A stretch of DNA of 64,000 nucleotides from Octopus vulgaris (GCA_951406725.2 OX597829.1:46004001-46068000); one strand, 5' to 3'; counted from the first letter of the stretch, positions 1 through 14,589 are shown. Numbers and translations: made by a program. Notes: generated by a model from the letters alone, not told the origin.

Positions 1-349
1 TTTAATCGAGCAACTCGAACCCTGAACTTATTCTTTGTAAGCCCAGTACTTATTCTATCGATCTCTTTTGCCGAACCGCTAGGTGACGGGGACATAAACA
101 CACTAGCATCGGTTGCCAAGCAATGCTAGGGGGACAAACACAGACACACAAACACGCACACATACATATATATATATATATACATATATACGACAGGCTT
201 CTTTCAGTTTCCGTCTACCAAATCCACTCACAAGGCATTGGTCAGCCCGGGGCTATAGCAGAAAACACTTGCCCAAGATGCCACGCAGTGGGACTGAACC
301 CGGAACCATGTGGTTGGTTAGCAAGCTACTTACCACACAGCCACTCCTG
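1..349 (-). mobile_element. tRNA-derived SINE family A (octopus OK-like), cut by window edge
   Basis: Reverse complement of the copies at 8340 and 56505: tRNA-like head, CTTGGGCAAGT segment, internal (TA)/(TG) tract. Family name is from recall. Confidence 0.85.
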
Positions 350-533
350 CAGTTTTCTTTTCTTTCTCTTCCGTTTGAGTTCCCATCTCTCTCCCAAATG
401 TCTTAAGCGGCTTTCATCTCGCCGAGGTCGATAAAATATGTAGAAATCGTATCCGGGGAACTATTTGATTCTGTTTATTATATACCTTACCACTGCGCCC
501 TGTATCAGAAATTATTTCAAGGATCAAATAGAC

Positions 534-799
<266 letters not shown>

Positions 800-1220
800 T
801 CTTACTGTATCCGTTTCTCTATGTCCTCCTCTCCATCCTTGTTTTTCTCACGTCCCTTTGATACACTACCTTCACCTTTTGTTATTCCGATAGAAAAACA
901 CTACTTAGATTTCGTTTAAAGTAATCGTGATTTCTATAAGAAATATAGCTTCTCATTTCAACGAATGACTATTTATTCCCTAGTGGCAAGAACAAGAAGA
1001 AAAAAAGAAAGAAAAATAAAATAAAAAAACAAAATGAAGAGAATGTTAAGTGAGCTCAGCGGGGATTCGAAATCTTGACGATATTTCGATGCAGAAATGA
1101 TATTTACAAAGAGATGAAAACCTACTATCTACAAATGATTAAAGGCCAGAGTGAGTTGTAGAAACTTCTTCGCTCACACATTCTCTCTTTCTCTACATGG
1201 TTTCTTTCACATACACACTT

Positions 1221-1284
1221 TTCGCATATACACTCTTCGCATATACACTCTTCGCATATACACTCTTTGCATATACACTCTTCG
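1221..1284. repeat. 15-bp tandem repeat (TTCGCATATACACTC) x4
   Basis: Directly visible; explains the ICEEC repeat in ORF 1125..1322. Confidence 0.9.
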
Positions 1285-1485
1285 ACTCCTCTTTCTACTC
1301 CCCATGTTCTTATACTTTGCATGGAAGTTTTTGAATATACATAATAAATGCTTTATTTCTATGCTATGCTATACATATATATATATGTGTGTGTATGTGT
1401 GTGTATGCATGTGTGTGTGTGCGTGTGTATACCGTATATATATGTATGTATATAACGTATATATATAGCGTAAACATACATACAC

Positions 1486-1562
<77 letters not shown>

Positions 1563-1589
1563 GCGTACTTATATATATATATGGCGTAC

Positions 1590-1635
<46 letters not shown>

Positions 1636-1739
1636 ATATATGATGAAAATATGTTATTTCCGTATATGTGCGCACACAACTTTTACTGAAGAGAGAAATA
1701 TTCATACTCATAAAGCAATTACAAACGCATGTCTCAACA

Positions 1740-1770
1740 TACATATGTATATGCATACATACACACGCAT

Positions 1771-1801
<31 letters not shown>

Positions 1802-1997
1802 TACATACATACATACATACATACATACATACAAGTATCTGTGTCGGTATGTGTATTTATATGTACACACACACACCTACATACATACCTACATACATAC
1901 ATACATACAAGTATCTGTGTCGGTATGTGTATTTATATGTACACACACACACACACACACACACCTACATACATACCTACATACATACATACATACA

Positions 1998-2029
<32 letters not shown>

Positions 2030-2100
2030 AGTATCTGTGTCGGTATGTGTATTTATATGTACACACACACACACTTACACACACACTCACACACGCATAT
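1740..2100. repeat. Compound minisatellite: AAGTATCTGTGTCGGTATGTGTATTTATATGT x3 separated by (CA)n/(TACA)n
   Basis: Identical ~32-bp core at ~1833, ~1909 and ~2029. Confidence 0.9.
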
Positions 2101-3850
2101 ACTCACCACACATAAAAGTGAATTAATGCAGATCTTTAGAAATGTTTGCCGTATTCATGCGTACCTATATGTATGAATGTATGCGCGTGCGCATGTGTGC
2201 GCGCGTATGAGTGCGCGTAGTATGTGTGTTCATGTAGACGCACTCACACATAGCGAAATACTTAAGTAACGCTGCATAAATGCAGTCATTTTGTTACAGC
2301 TATTTGCTCTCCATATTCTGGTGAAATCACTATTGTTTCTGTTATTAAGAATTCTTTAGATTTTTGTTATGTGTGTTTTTGCTATTAGTGCTCTCTTTGC
2401 CGTCATTACTGTGCTGCTGCCGCTGCTGCTGCTGCTGCTGCTACTGCTGTTGTTGTTGTTATTGTTGTTGTTGCTACTACTCTTATTGATGTCATTCCTT
2501 TTTTGACATTTTTATGTTAACAGTTACCACTATTTTATTATTATATTATTATATGATTTATTTCATTTTATCTTATTTTATTATTATTTTTTTTTATTAT
2601 TTAGAACGACCTCATAACATATTTTATTTTTCCTATTTTTTTTACTTTGATATTTCTTCCGTTTTTTTTTTTTTTTTTTTTATATTTCTGGTTCAATTAC
2701 AATCCACAAAGATCGAACCATTAAGATTCGATTTGAATCAATAGCATACATTTAGTCTTTGTTAAGTTATACTTTGATTGTTTAGTATACAGTTTTATAT
2801 ACGCTTGCGCATCTGCGTTTATGCATTAATTTAATTATCGTGTGCCTCTGTGATTTTGCGTATGAAAATATGAACATTGTTATTCGTCTTCTTCATTTTA
2901 TGTAGGTCGTAACCGATTCTTTCTCCCCCATTTTCTCTCTCTTCTCTCTCCCACTATATGTCTAGATGAATACATATGCATGTGTGTGCGCGCGCGCGTG
3001 TCTGTGTGTGTGTGTGTGTGTGTGCGTATGATATGAGTTTGTATGGATGTTTATATATATTTACGCATACAGTATACATTTTTAATATGCATACACACAT
3101 ATATATATATATTATATTAAATATATATGTATATCTACTTACCAACCTACCTACCTACTACTTACCTACCTACTACCTACCTACCTACCTACCTACCTAC
3201 CTACCTACCTACCTACCTACCTACCTACCTACCTACCTACCTACCTACCTACCTACTTACCTATCTATCTATCTAGCTAGCTAGCTATCAGAAGAAGGTG
3301 ATCCCGTATTGCCGCTAGAAGAGCAGAAAAATTGGACAATATTACCCTTACGAGGCGGAAAAAGTTGTCAACAAATATCCAGGTATATACACACAACCGC
3401 ACGCGCGCACACACACACAGACACACACGCAAACACACACAGACACACACGCAAACACACACACAGACACACACGCAAACACACACACATACACCCCCCC
3501 ACATATATATGCTTACCCTTTTTCTGACCAAAGAAATGAAATTTTGTCTAGTTCCGGCCTTCCAGTTCCAGCATTGTGTATGAAAAAAAATAATGAATAT
3601 TGTGTGTGTATTTAGAGTTGAACTCTTGATGAAAGTATGTTTCTCGCGTGATCTGATGTGTTTTTTTTTATTTGCATTAATTCGTGAACATACAATTGTA
3701 TTCTATTATCGTGCAATGCTGAGAACACATATTAAAGCTTGTACTATAATTTCTAGCATAGTGTAAGCAATGCAATAAGTAATAAGTTGTGAAACGGCCG
3801 TAACCTCATGAAAGTCACGTGGTAATATAAATATATATTCCCTTGTCATG

Positions 3851-4403
3851 GCGATACCTGCTCAGAGGCTTACGCCATCAGCAGAACTGAGAGAAACACC
3901 TCAGATGTGCAGTCAGCTGTGACGAGACATCGTCGAATCACCATCAGTGAGTTATCAGAGGATGTGCAGATTATTTACGGTTCAGTCCAGTCCATTATCA
4001 CTGAAGATTTGGGTATGAGGCGCGTGTCTGCCAGGTTTGTGCCAAAACTGTCTTCAGCTGACCCAAAACACATCCGGGTTTCAGTTGCACAAGATTTCCT
4101 TGATTGTGTCGAGAACGATGAAAACTTCTTGAAAACTTTGCGTATGTCTCTGAGCAGGTATCGCGAAGCTTTTGGCAAAATTTGATGCAAATTCTCTGCT
4201 CAACTTTCTCTGTCATGGTCGATGCAACTATCACACGCTACACATGTTCCTTCCAAACACTACTGTAAACAGTGGAAGTGAGCTAGAACGCTAAAACGCA
4301 TGCGCAGCAGAGTTGAAGATCAATCTGTGCCAAGTGGTTTTACTTTGCGTGCTTTAGTTTCACCAATTGAGCAAAAGTCCGGATACTTATTGATCAGATC
4401 ACG
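3851..4403. mobile_element. Rearranged mariner transposon remnant
   Basis: Minus strand: TA-flanked end at ~4403 and N-terminal EQRICIKFCQKLRDTCSETY. Plus strand: RRITISELSED...GSVQSIITEDLGMRRVSARFVPKL (HTH and WVPHEL-equivalent linker). Confidence 0.85.
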
Positions 4404-4494
4404 TATATGTATATAATTTGTGTGTGTATATACATCTATATTTCATCACGTTGAACAGTTTAATGCCTACACGTTTTCTTTTTCTCTCATCGTT

Positions 4495-4645
4495 TTTTTT
4501 TTCTCTCTTAATCCTTTCTTTCAAAGGGCGTAGGCTTGAAACGTCAAAGGCATTTCTATTCTCCTCGGGCGTGAAACTAATACACCTTCATGGTATTTCT
4601 TCACCTGTCTTCGTCTTTTGCTTTCTATTAATTTGAACTATATAT
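4495..4645 (+). mobile_element. PLE-type terminal fragment with degenerate hammerhead-like motif
   Basis: Homologous to 20686-20883 (GCGTAGGCT.GAAACGTCAAAG...CTAATACA...CACCTGTCTTCGTC), ending in TA repeats. Confidence 0.55.
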
Positions 4646-5041
4646 TTTAATATGTATATATCTATATCTATATGTATATATTTAGATCTATCTCACTATC
4701 TACCTTTCTCTCTCACACACTCTCTTTACTGACGCATATATAGCAACATTAAACATAAGCATAGGCAAACTAATAACTGCGCGCATACACACAAAGGCAT
4801 ACACATGCAAACACACCTACATAAATAGAGAAATACACATATACACGCATTCATACCTGCATGTATACATGTTTACACACTTTTACGCTTTCATGATACA
4901 CACACATATTATAATATCTATGTATGTATCTATCTGTATATATTATGCGTATTTATTATACCTATCTACCTATATATATATGTGTATATATATATACCCA
5001 TATTATACCTATTTATTATATCTACCTACCTACCTTATATA

Positions 5042-5095
<54 letters not shown>

Positions 5096-5479
5096 TATAT
5101 ATATATATGTGTGTGTGTATGTGGGTGTATGTATAATACAAACGTACATTCATATGTGTGTGTGTGTGTGTTGGTCGCTTGTGTGTGTGTGTGTGAGTGC
5201 AGACATATTTTTTAAAAATCAGTTAAGAAGGTATGACTTCTGTATGAAATTCTACGAAATTTCTCTTCTTACTTGCAGCCTCATTGATAACACTTTTCTG
5301 ATACGAATACATCAAAGAGTATTTGAATGAGCGTACTTATATGGATATGAATTCAATTAATTTTCCATGTGTGTATAGAGTTTGTGTGTCGTGTGTGCGT
5401 ATATGAATGCGTGTATGTATGCATATATATATATATATATATATATACGTTCACACATACATACATACATACATACATG

Positions 5480-5533
<54 letters not shown>

Positions 5534-5614
5534 CATACATATATGCCTGTACATGCATTCTAAGTGAGTAAAAAAAGCAGATTCGTATTTTAGTATCCTG
5601 GCAGTCAACGGTGT

Positions 5615-5770
5615 ATGCATGTATGTATGTATGTATGTATGTATGTATGTATGTATGTATGTATGTATGTATGTATGTATGTATGTATGTATGTATGTAT
5701 GTATGTATGTATGTATGTATATATATATATATATATATATATACATGCATACATACATACATACATACAC
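5615..5770. repeat. (TATG)n/(TA)n/(TACA)n compound microsatellite
   Basis: Directly visible. Confidence 0.95.
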
Positions 5771-6134
5771 ACACACATATATATCTGTGTGTATATGTAT
5801 CTATATGTGTGTGTTTTTTTATTTGTATGTGTGTGCTTATATATTCGTATTGCTAATTATTTGAGAGGCTGAAAAAAATTGTAAAAAGTGTTAATATATA
5901 AATGAATATTTGCTGCGAACTACGACGAAAAATGAAAGCAATTGGAATCACTGAAGGAGTGAATCGCTGGTAGAAATATTAGCCAGTTATCCTCACTACT
6001 GGATAAAGCATTCACGTCTATATAGAATCTGAAAAAGGTGAAAAAAAGAAAAAAAGTTAATGGTCAGGACTGAAAGACTTTTGATCATAAGTCATTTCTC
6101 ATCAAGATTGATCTGCAAGTTAAAGAACAGCAGA

Positions 6135-6222
6135 CAAAACAACAACAACAACAACATCATCATCATCATCATCAACAACAACAACAACAACAACAACAAC
6201 AGCAACAACATCATCATCATCG

Positions 6223-6254
<32 letters not shown>

Positions 6255-6279
6255 GTCGTCATCATCATCGTCATCGTCG

Positions 6280-6330
<51 letters not shown>

Positions 6331-6350
6331 ACAACAACACAACAACAACA
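6135..6350. repeat. (CAA)n/(CAT)n trinucleotide repeat
   Basis: Directly visible. Confidence 0.95.
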
Positions 6351-6387
6351 GCGATAAACTTATGAAATCATCTCTGGAGCCGCTAAA

Positions 6388-6767
6388 TCTCTCTATATAT
6401 AAACGGCAGTTTGTCTGTCTGTGTGTCTGTCAGGTTGTACCCTCACCCTGACCAAGGCTTTCAACCGATTCTGATGAAACTTGACACACACATAGCCCAA
6501 TGTCATAATTCAAAACTAACGCAGCGAAAATTTTGAAAAGTTCCCCCAGTTCTGAAAAAAAAGTCGATAAATTCGACATGGGGTCGAGAATCAGAAACAC
6601 AAACCACACACTGTCTAGGGGACGCACCTCGACCGTTTTAACTCTCAAAAAAATTTACCATCATAAATTTTTTTCCATTTTTTTTCTATTTTTTGGCTAT
6701 AACTCTCTAAAAATGCTTTATAGTTATTTCCCTTACAAACCCGAGCAACGCCGGGCGATACTGCTAG
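6388..6767 (+). mobile_element. Non-autonomous Helitron
   Basis: A|TC 5' end (TCTCTCTATATATAAA), short (TGTC)n tract, subterminal hairpin CCCGAGCAACGCCGGG, 3' CTAG|T end, no target duplication. Confidence 0.85.
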
Positions 6768-6879
6768 TATGCTATAAATAGCAGCCATATTCCCTCAAAT
6801 CATTCTCAAGCATGTTGGGGAAAGAAGTAACTTTTTTGGACATAGAGTCCTACTTGTTCCCCATAGGAACAACAAAGAA

Positions 6880-7355
6880 AGCAGCAGCAGCAGTAGCAGC
6901 AGCAGCAGTAGCAGCAGCAGCAACACAACATCAATGACAGTAATAATAGCAGCGGTTGCAGCAGCAGCAGCAACAGCAGTTGCAACAGCAATCATCACAT
7001 CAGCAGCGGCAATTGTAGTAACAGCAACAAAAAATCGCATTGTTATCACCATCATCATCAGCATCATCACCACGACTACCACGACCACCACCACGACCAC
7101 CATACCACGACCACCACCACCACCACCACCACCATCACCATACCACCACCACGACCACCACCACGACCACCACCACCACCACCACCACCACCACCATCTC
7201 CATCATCACTACCACCACCACCACCACTACCACCACCATCATCATCATCATAATCATGATCATGAACAACAGCAGCAGCAGCTACAGCAACAGGAGTAGC
7301 CGCAGCAGCAGCAGCAGCAGGAGCAGCAGCAGTAGTACCACCAACAGCATCAGCA
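6880..7355. repeat. (CAG)/(CAC)/(CAT) trinucleotide low-complexity tract
   Basis: Directly visible; gives poly-H/T/P/Q pseudo-ORFs. Confidence 0.9.
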
Positions 7356-8339
7356 TAATCATATGCGATATTGCAGCCATAATATATAGAGAGAAATGAT
7401 TTTGGAATATCTTTCTTGCTTTCTTCTTCCATACGAAGTCACAAATTCACACGCGCTTACATGTGCTAGAACATACACGGGCACACGCGCACACTCACAC
7501 ACACACATACACATACACGCATACACCTATATACGTACAGAGCGTGTCTGTCTGTCTGTCTGTCTCTCGCTCTATCTATCTATGGGCTCCGACGGTAATC
7601 GTTTATTTTGACCATTTATAGCCCTCATTTTGTTTACATTTTTCCAAATAAGGTGTCTAAAGCACCCAGCTTTCGTTTGAGTACTTTTCCAAGGGAGGAA
7701 TTGGCCCCTAGGGGCAGTTTCAACCCTAATTAAATTGTATATTTTTTCTTCTCAACATTAAAAAGTGTGGAGAAATTTTATTGTCGAACGCTGGTCAAAT
7801 TCCTTCATGGACCAGCATTTCCGTAGCCTTGAAACGCTAGGAGAAAAAAAGAACTCCTGCACGCGCACACATTCTAATAGAACAGACATGAGCAGGAAGA
7901 CATCAAAGACAAACCTGAGTGACGTGGAAGTGAACGCTGCAACTACTTTCGTTAACAGCCTTGTCACCACCACCACCACCAAAACCACCACCACGACTAA
8001 CAACAACAGCAACAACAAGGCTAGCCAATGGCTACCACCACCACCACCACCAACAACAACAATAACAACAACGATATCGTCGTTTTGCCGTCTACCATAA
8101 CTGCTAACAACAACACACTACTACAACCTCAACTACTACAACTGCCACCAACACTACCACCAAAAAACAAATAAAATTTTGCACAAGCGTTAAAAAAAAA
8201 AAAGACAATACTAAACTTCACAACAGAACAAATAAAACAAACAAAAGCCCTCTTAACTCAAGAAGGTACACATCTACGCTTAAATATACCACAAAACATC
8301 ATAGACACCGCACAAAAGAGAACAATAATATACAAAGTG

Positions 8340-8487
8340 CGCAGGAGTGGCTGTGTGGTAAGTAGTTTGTTTGTGGGTTCGGTCCCATTGCGTGGTACCT
8401 TGGGCAAGTGTCTTCTACTATAGCCTCGGGCCGACCAAAGCCTTGTGAGTGGATTTGGTAGACGGAAACTGAAAGAAGCCTGTCGTA

Positions 8488-8541
<54 letters not shown>

Positions 8542-8765
8542 TGTGTGTGTTTGTGTGTCTGTGTTTGTCCCCCTAGCATTGCTTGACAACCGATGCTGGT
8601 GTGATTATGTCCCCGTTACTTAGCGGTTCGGCAAAAGAGACCGATAGAATAAGTACTGGGCTTACAAAAGAATAATTCCCGGGGTCGAGTTGCTCGATTA
8701 AAGGCGGTGCTCCAGCATGGCCGCAGTCAAATGACTGAAACAAGTAAAAGAGTAAAAGAGTAAAA
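8340..8765 (+). mobile_element. SINE family A (OK-like), near full length
   Basis: GCGCAGGAGTGGCTGTGTGGTAAG head, B-box-like GGGTTCGGTCCC, (GTAAAAGA)n tail. Confidence 0.9.
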
Positions 8766-8811
8766 GTCTTAAACGCAAAAACACGCAGACCAGAACAAGC
8801 ACAACCAGAAC

Positions 8812-9479
8812 TCATCGAAAAAAGTTTACGGCCGATATGAGCACTCCTGTGGGACGAGTCGGTTTATCAGCCGAGTCTATCATCAATATCGTCACGTCTT
8901 CTTCCCTCAAACGGGAAGGAACAGCTATATTCATAATACTTGTAGCGATGGCGAAAGACTGTATCTGGTGGACGCGTCTGATGGATTGGAGACAAACACT
9001 TTCCTCTCTGGTCAATCTCTCATCAACTTTTTCAAGTATCACTTGAAAAGGAAGGTGAGAGTAGAGAGGCAAGTTTTGTCTAGCGACTGTTTAAAAAAAA
9101 AAGATGGGTGAATGTAGCAAGGATGGCACGAATGAATGACGAAGCCACCTTGAGCATGATCCTATGAACCGTAAAAATTTAAAACAGAGAGTTACTTATT
9201 TGTAAATAAATGTTAATATGTGACGTAATTGCCCGAGGTTACTCTGGTCTTTTCGTAGGTTTTTCTTTCCACAGATAAACCTCCCCATTTCTTGGGAACT
9301 TTTTGTCCTATTTCGACACTTTTTGCATATAACCCCAACGATTTCGATCCATTTTGATCGTTGTCCCTTTCTTTTTTTTACTTTGTTTTCGCCCCTCCCC
9401 ACCACCACCTCGAAAAGAAAAACTCTACATTGTTATTGTCCCCTCTGTGTTTTGCTCTGTGCGGCCAATAAAGAAATTG

Positions 9480-9480
<1 letters not shown>
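8812..9480 (+). mobile_element. 3' end of a Tx1/L1-like LINE (ORF2 C-terminus plus 3' UTR)
   Basis: Frameshifted peptide LVAMAKDCIWWTRL...LINFFKYHLKRKVRVERQ...RW, then a U-rich UTR and AATAAA running into (ATCT)n. Confidence 0.6.
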
Positions 9481-9550
<70 letters not shown>

Positions 9551-9556
9551 AATCTA

Positions 9557-9618
<62 letters not shown>

Positions 9619-9706
9619 CATCTATCAATCTATCCATCAGTCTATCTCTCTCTATCAATCTATCTGTCTGTCTGTCTATCTATCTGTCTGTCTGCCTGCC
9701 TCTCTG

Positions 9707-9792
<86 letters not shown>
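9480..9792. repeat. (ATCT)n microsatellite
   Basis: Directly visible. Confidence 0.95.
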
Positions 9793-9793
<1 letters not shown>

Positions 9794-10277
9794 TTAATCA
9801 TGATACTGGAAAATTTTCCATGGGCGCTTTCTGCCTTGCATTTTAGCTAAATGCAAATTTCCATTCATGGATAATGTGGTGAGCCAAAAACAACTTTTAA
9901 TTAGTTGAAATTATAACAGTAAATAGAATATTCATTAACGTTTATGAAAATTATTCGCACAAAGGGGAGAATTTTCTAACACTTCAACGGATCTAATTCA
10001 AATATACTGTGGATGTGCAGAAGTTATTGGTATCTATGCTGTCAAATCCAAGCTTCTTTCGGTCTTGAGTTTCTTTTGCCAAATATAAGAATATTTTTTT
10101 AATTGTGCTAATAAATTTTGTTGCTGCCGAGGTAATTTAAATATGCGGCAATTTACTTTCGAACGACCAACTCTAGGTAAGATTGCGCCGTCTTTATTTT
10201 CATACATGCTAAATATATATATATATCTATATATATATATACATACATACACACATATGTATATACATACATATATT

Positions 10278-10355
<78 letters not shown>

Positions 10356-10358
<3 letters not shown>

Positions 10359-10588
10359 TTCTTTACTACCCACAAGGAGCTAAACACAGAGGAGGACAAA
10401 CAAGGTCAGACAAACGGATTAAGTCGATTACATCGACCCCAGTGCGTAACTGGTACTTATTTAATCGACCCAGAAAGGATGAAAGGCAAAGTCGACCTCA
10501 GCGGAATTTGAACTCAGAACGTAACGGCAGACGAAATACAGCTAAGCATTTCACCCGGCGTGCTAACGTTTCTGCCAGCTCACCGCCG
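10356..10588 (-). mobile_element. SINE family C (tRNA head plus Nin/Deu-like domain)
   Basis: Sense strand has A/B boxes (TGGCAGAAACG, GAGTTCAAATTCC) and GTCGACTTTGCCTTTCATCCTT...GTCGATTAAATAAGTACC, resembling the Nin/Deu SINE domain. Confidence 0.85.
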
Positions 10589-10727
10589 TACTGTCTTATA
10601 TTATTCCCCACCACTACAAACTCAATATCACTATAAAATGGTAAAAACTTTTCCCACAGGAACTTAATTTGATTTGAAAACCCCACTAGAATGGTAGAAA
10701 GCGCTAATACATGATCTAAGTTATATA

Positions 10728-11144
10728 CTCTTTTTACTTTTACTTGTTTCAGTCATTTTACTGCGGCCATGCTGGAGCACCGCCTTTTTAGTCGAGCAAC
10801 TCGACCCCAGGACTCATTCTTTGTAAGCCAAGTACTTATTCTATCGGTCTCTTTTGCCGAACCGCTAAGTGACGGGGACGTAAACACACCAGCATCGGTT
10901 GTCAAGCAATGCTAGGGGGACAAACACAGACATACAAACACATACACACACACACACATATATATATATATACATATATACGACAGGCTTCTTTCAGTTT
11001 CCGTCTACCAAATCCACTCACAAGGCATTGGTCGGCCCGAGGCTATAGCAGAAGACACTTGCCCAAGATGCCACGCAGTGGAACTGAACCCGGAACCATG
11101 TGGTTGGTTAGCAAGCTACTTACCACACAGCCACTCCTGCGCCT
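10728..11144 (-). mobile_element. SINE family A, full length
   Basis: Reverse complement of 56505-56963. Confidence 0.9.
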
Positions 11145-11823
11145 ATGATACATAAAATATCGTACAATATAAAATATTGAGTATAGAGACCATGTTTTTG
11201 AAGTTGGTAAATTGGCATGGAGTCTGTTGAAAATATCTTTGTTCTTTACTTTTTTAACTGATTTGATAAAGATTGGACATTCTTTGCTTTATAAGTGTAT
11301 TAATTTGTAACCGCATTTGTTAAATAAAAACATGTTCTTTATTTTCTTTGTTTAATTATAACATTGTACTGTATACATGATATTCCGTGACATAATAAGA
11401 GTTCTAAATGTATTGCTAGATATCAAGCAGACCCCACTTTAGATGTGTATTCATTTGAATCTGTTAAACAGAATTCAGTTTTTTACATTTCTTTTGATGT
11501 ATTTATCTAAAGAATCAGAAGAAATCCGAAAAATCTTAAAAACTGGGACACTTTCGGATCAAAGATTCCCGGATAACAGATCCTCTGATATAGATATGTG
11601 TGTGTGCGTGCGTGCGTGCATGTTCGTGTGTAATGTTAATTTGCCAAAGACTTTGATTCCCAACCACTTTGTTTCGGGTTTTGTCCCGCTGCCCGGTACC
11701 TAGATCAAGTGTCTTCTACTATACCCTTGAGACCGATAGAATAAGTGCTAGGCTTACAAAGAATATGTCCTGGGGGGCGATTTGTTCGACTAAAACCCTT
11801 ATCTGTTTGTTTGCCTGTCTTTA

Positions 11824-11885
<62 letters not shown>

Positions 11886-12019
11886 ATGTATATATATTTG
11901 TGGCTACACATACATACATACATGCTTATATATATATATAGTTAATCCAAACATGAAAACACAAAGAGAAAACACAACAACGCGAGGGCGTATATATATA
12001 TATATATATATATATATGC

Positions 12020-12094
<75 letters not shown>

Positions 12095-12486
12095 TCGATC
12101 ATTCATATATTGAATCAACTACGAACACATACACTCCTGATTGTTATATAGACCCCGCCTCCACCACAAGACCCGCCAAACTCCACAGCACTTACCCGTT
12201 TGCTCAGCTCCACCCCACCCATGCACTTACCCGAAGGAGTAATCGCGGTGCGTTGCACTATACAACAGAAATCTATGTTAGAAAGGAAAACATTACTGGA
12301 CCACCCTTGCGGAACAAACAGAAGTCCCACGAAAAAAAGGAGAGAAATGAGAGAATTAATAATTTATAACATAACACAAAGATGAAAATAAATATGCAAA
12401 AACTCTACAGTCACAAAAAATATAAAAAAAAAACAGTAAGTGTTTCTATCAATTATACTGGAAAACAAGCGTCTACAACACCTTTT

Positions 12487-12527
12487 CATCCTGAAGATGA
12501 AACCACGAAAGTCCAGAAATGTAGATG
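12487..12527 (+). ncRNA. Degenerate minimal hammerhead-ribozyme motif in an A-rich element next to (TA)n
   Basis: CATC-CTGAAGA-(imperfect stem II)-GAAAT-GTA-GATG; stem I CATC/GATG. Confidence 0.5.
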
Positions 12528-14040
12528 ATGGAACTGGGATTTCTCTGTTTCATGAACGTAATATAAGTAATCTATACAAAAATATATAAAAAAAACATCA
12601 TTCACAAAAATGGTAAACCTAGAACAGATTCATTTTCTAAAAGCAAAAGCTATACACACATATATACACGCACTCACAGATATAAATACCATATAATAGA
12701 GAGAGAGAGCGGGGGAGAAAAGGGAGTGATGGCGACAGAGAGAGTTTTATGCATGTATCAATTTTCTATCATCCAATTTTGATACACATTCCCATAGATC
12801 ATTTTTCGAAGATACAATTTAGATCAATAGAATTGGCGGAAAGCTCTATGTTTGATATTGGTATTGGATAGATAAGTGTTGCTACAGTCTCATTCAATAA
12901 AGATCCGTTGCATAATTTTGACCATTCGTTGTAATGCAAGACTGCATTTTGCAAGCTAGTGAAAATTACAATTGATCGCGTTCTTGTAGTCTCACATATG
13001 GCGGCTATATAGTTTTCATGGTGTCTTTAATTTTCTGTGAGGAAATTAGAATACTTCCTCTGATCTTTGGCGAACTAAGAGAATTTATTCCATCAGGAAT
13101 TGGTAATAAGATAAATAGAAAAAAATAAAAATAATAATAATGTATAAATATAAAACATAAATATATATAACATAAAATAAAAATTAAAAAAGGTTTTATC
13201 AGCGAGGTTTAGATATATAGGAAAGGAATCGAACAGTATATATGTAGGAAATATAAATCTACATGATAATATCAAACCATATTGATTTCTGTTGACCAGG
13301 CTCAGTGACAATTTTATGCAGAAACCAGAGCTACATTCAATTTATAACCAACACATGTTTTTATCCAGCGGGTGATTCTGAAATGCCAATGGTATCTATG
13401 ATAAAATTTGAAATGAAGAACGTATATAGAATGAAGCCGAAACCGTTTCTTACAATGGTCGCTCAATATGTGAGAAATAACAGGGAAATCCCACTCATCT
13501 CTCCTTACACCCTCACATCAAATTTCATCGATAATGTAGTTTTATCGTAACGTTGATAAAACAATGTTTTCGATTAGTTTATCCTTGATCATATGTCTTC
13601 TTAATCTTCATGATCTGGGCTAAATAGCAGCAGCAGCAGCAGCAATAATGATAACCCTTTCTATTATAGGTACAACGCCTGAAATTTACGGTGGGGTCAG
13701 GGGGTCAGACGAGTACATTGACCCAAGAGCTTGACTGCTATTTATTTTATCGACCCCGAGAGTCTGAAAAGCAAAGTCGACCTCAGAAGAATTTGAACTC
13801 ATTTTGCTTGGCACACTAACGAATCTGCCAGCTTGCCGCCTTTATAATAACAACAGTAATTATTATTTCTATTATTGGCACAACACCAGCAATTACGGGG
13901 TGGGAGTAACTAGGTTACATCGACCTCAGTACTCAACTGGTACTTATTTTTTCGACCCCGAAACGATGAAAGGCTAAGTGGGTCTTGGTAGAATTTGACG
14001 AAATGCCGCTAAGCAATTTTGTTGGCATGCTAATGCTTCT

Positions 14041-14457
14041 TATTTCTTTATAGCCCACAAGGGGTTAAACACAGAGGGGACAAACAAGGACAGACAAAAC
14101 GGATTAAGTCGATTACATCGACTTCCAGTGCGTAACTGGTACTTATTTTATCGAACCCGAAAGGATGAAAGGCAAAGACGACCTCGGCGCAATTTGAACT
14201 CAGAACATAGCGGCAGACGAAATACCTATTTCTTTATTACCCACAAGGGCTAAACACAGAGGGGACAAACAAGGACAGACAAAACGATTAAGTCGATTAC
14301 ATCGACCCCAGTGCGTAACTGGTGCTTATTTAATCGACCCTGAAAGGAGGAAAGGCAAAGTCGACCTCGTCGGAATTTGAACTCAGAACGTAGCGGCAGA
14401 CGAAATACCACTAAGCATTTCGCCCGGCGTGCTAACGTTTCTGCCAGCTCGCCGCCT
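14041..14457 (-). mobile_element. SINE family C, partial tandem dimer
   Basis: Two units joined at GACGAAATACCTATTTC; flanked by TGGCAT(G/T)CTAATGCTTCT (14023-14040 and 14461-14478). Confidence 0.9.
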
Positions 14458-14589
14458 TAATGGCATTCTAATGCTTCTGTCAGTTTGTCGCTTCTTTCAA
14501 CGGCAGCAATAAAAATCCTTTCTACTAAAAGTACGAGACCTGAAATTTAATGTGAGAAAACTGGTCGATTACAACTGCTTAGACTCGCG

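Noticed and set aside
113-434. Recurring ORFs such as MLGGQTQT...RQASFSFRLPNP (also 10909, 55295, 59222)
   Set aside because: Antisense read-through of SINE family A, not a gene family.
1830-2070. CRISPR-like 32-bp repeats with spacers
   Set aside because: Spacers are microsatellites, context is eukaryotic and there are no cas genes.
6934-7399. Poly-His/Pro/Gln ORF resembling a transcription-factor tract
   Set aside because: Trinucleotide low complexity, open in several frames, with no DNA-binding domain.
7758-7812. Minus-strand KEFDQRSTIKFLH resembling a mariner N-terminus
   Set aside because: Too short; no TIR or further motifs found.
13305-13550. Non-repetitive 81-aa ORF as a possible exon
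   Set aside because: No recognisable homology and weak splice signals.
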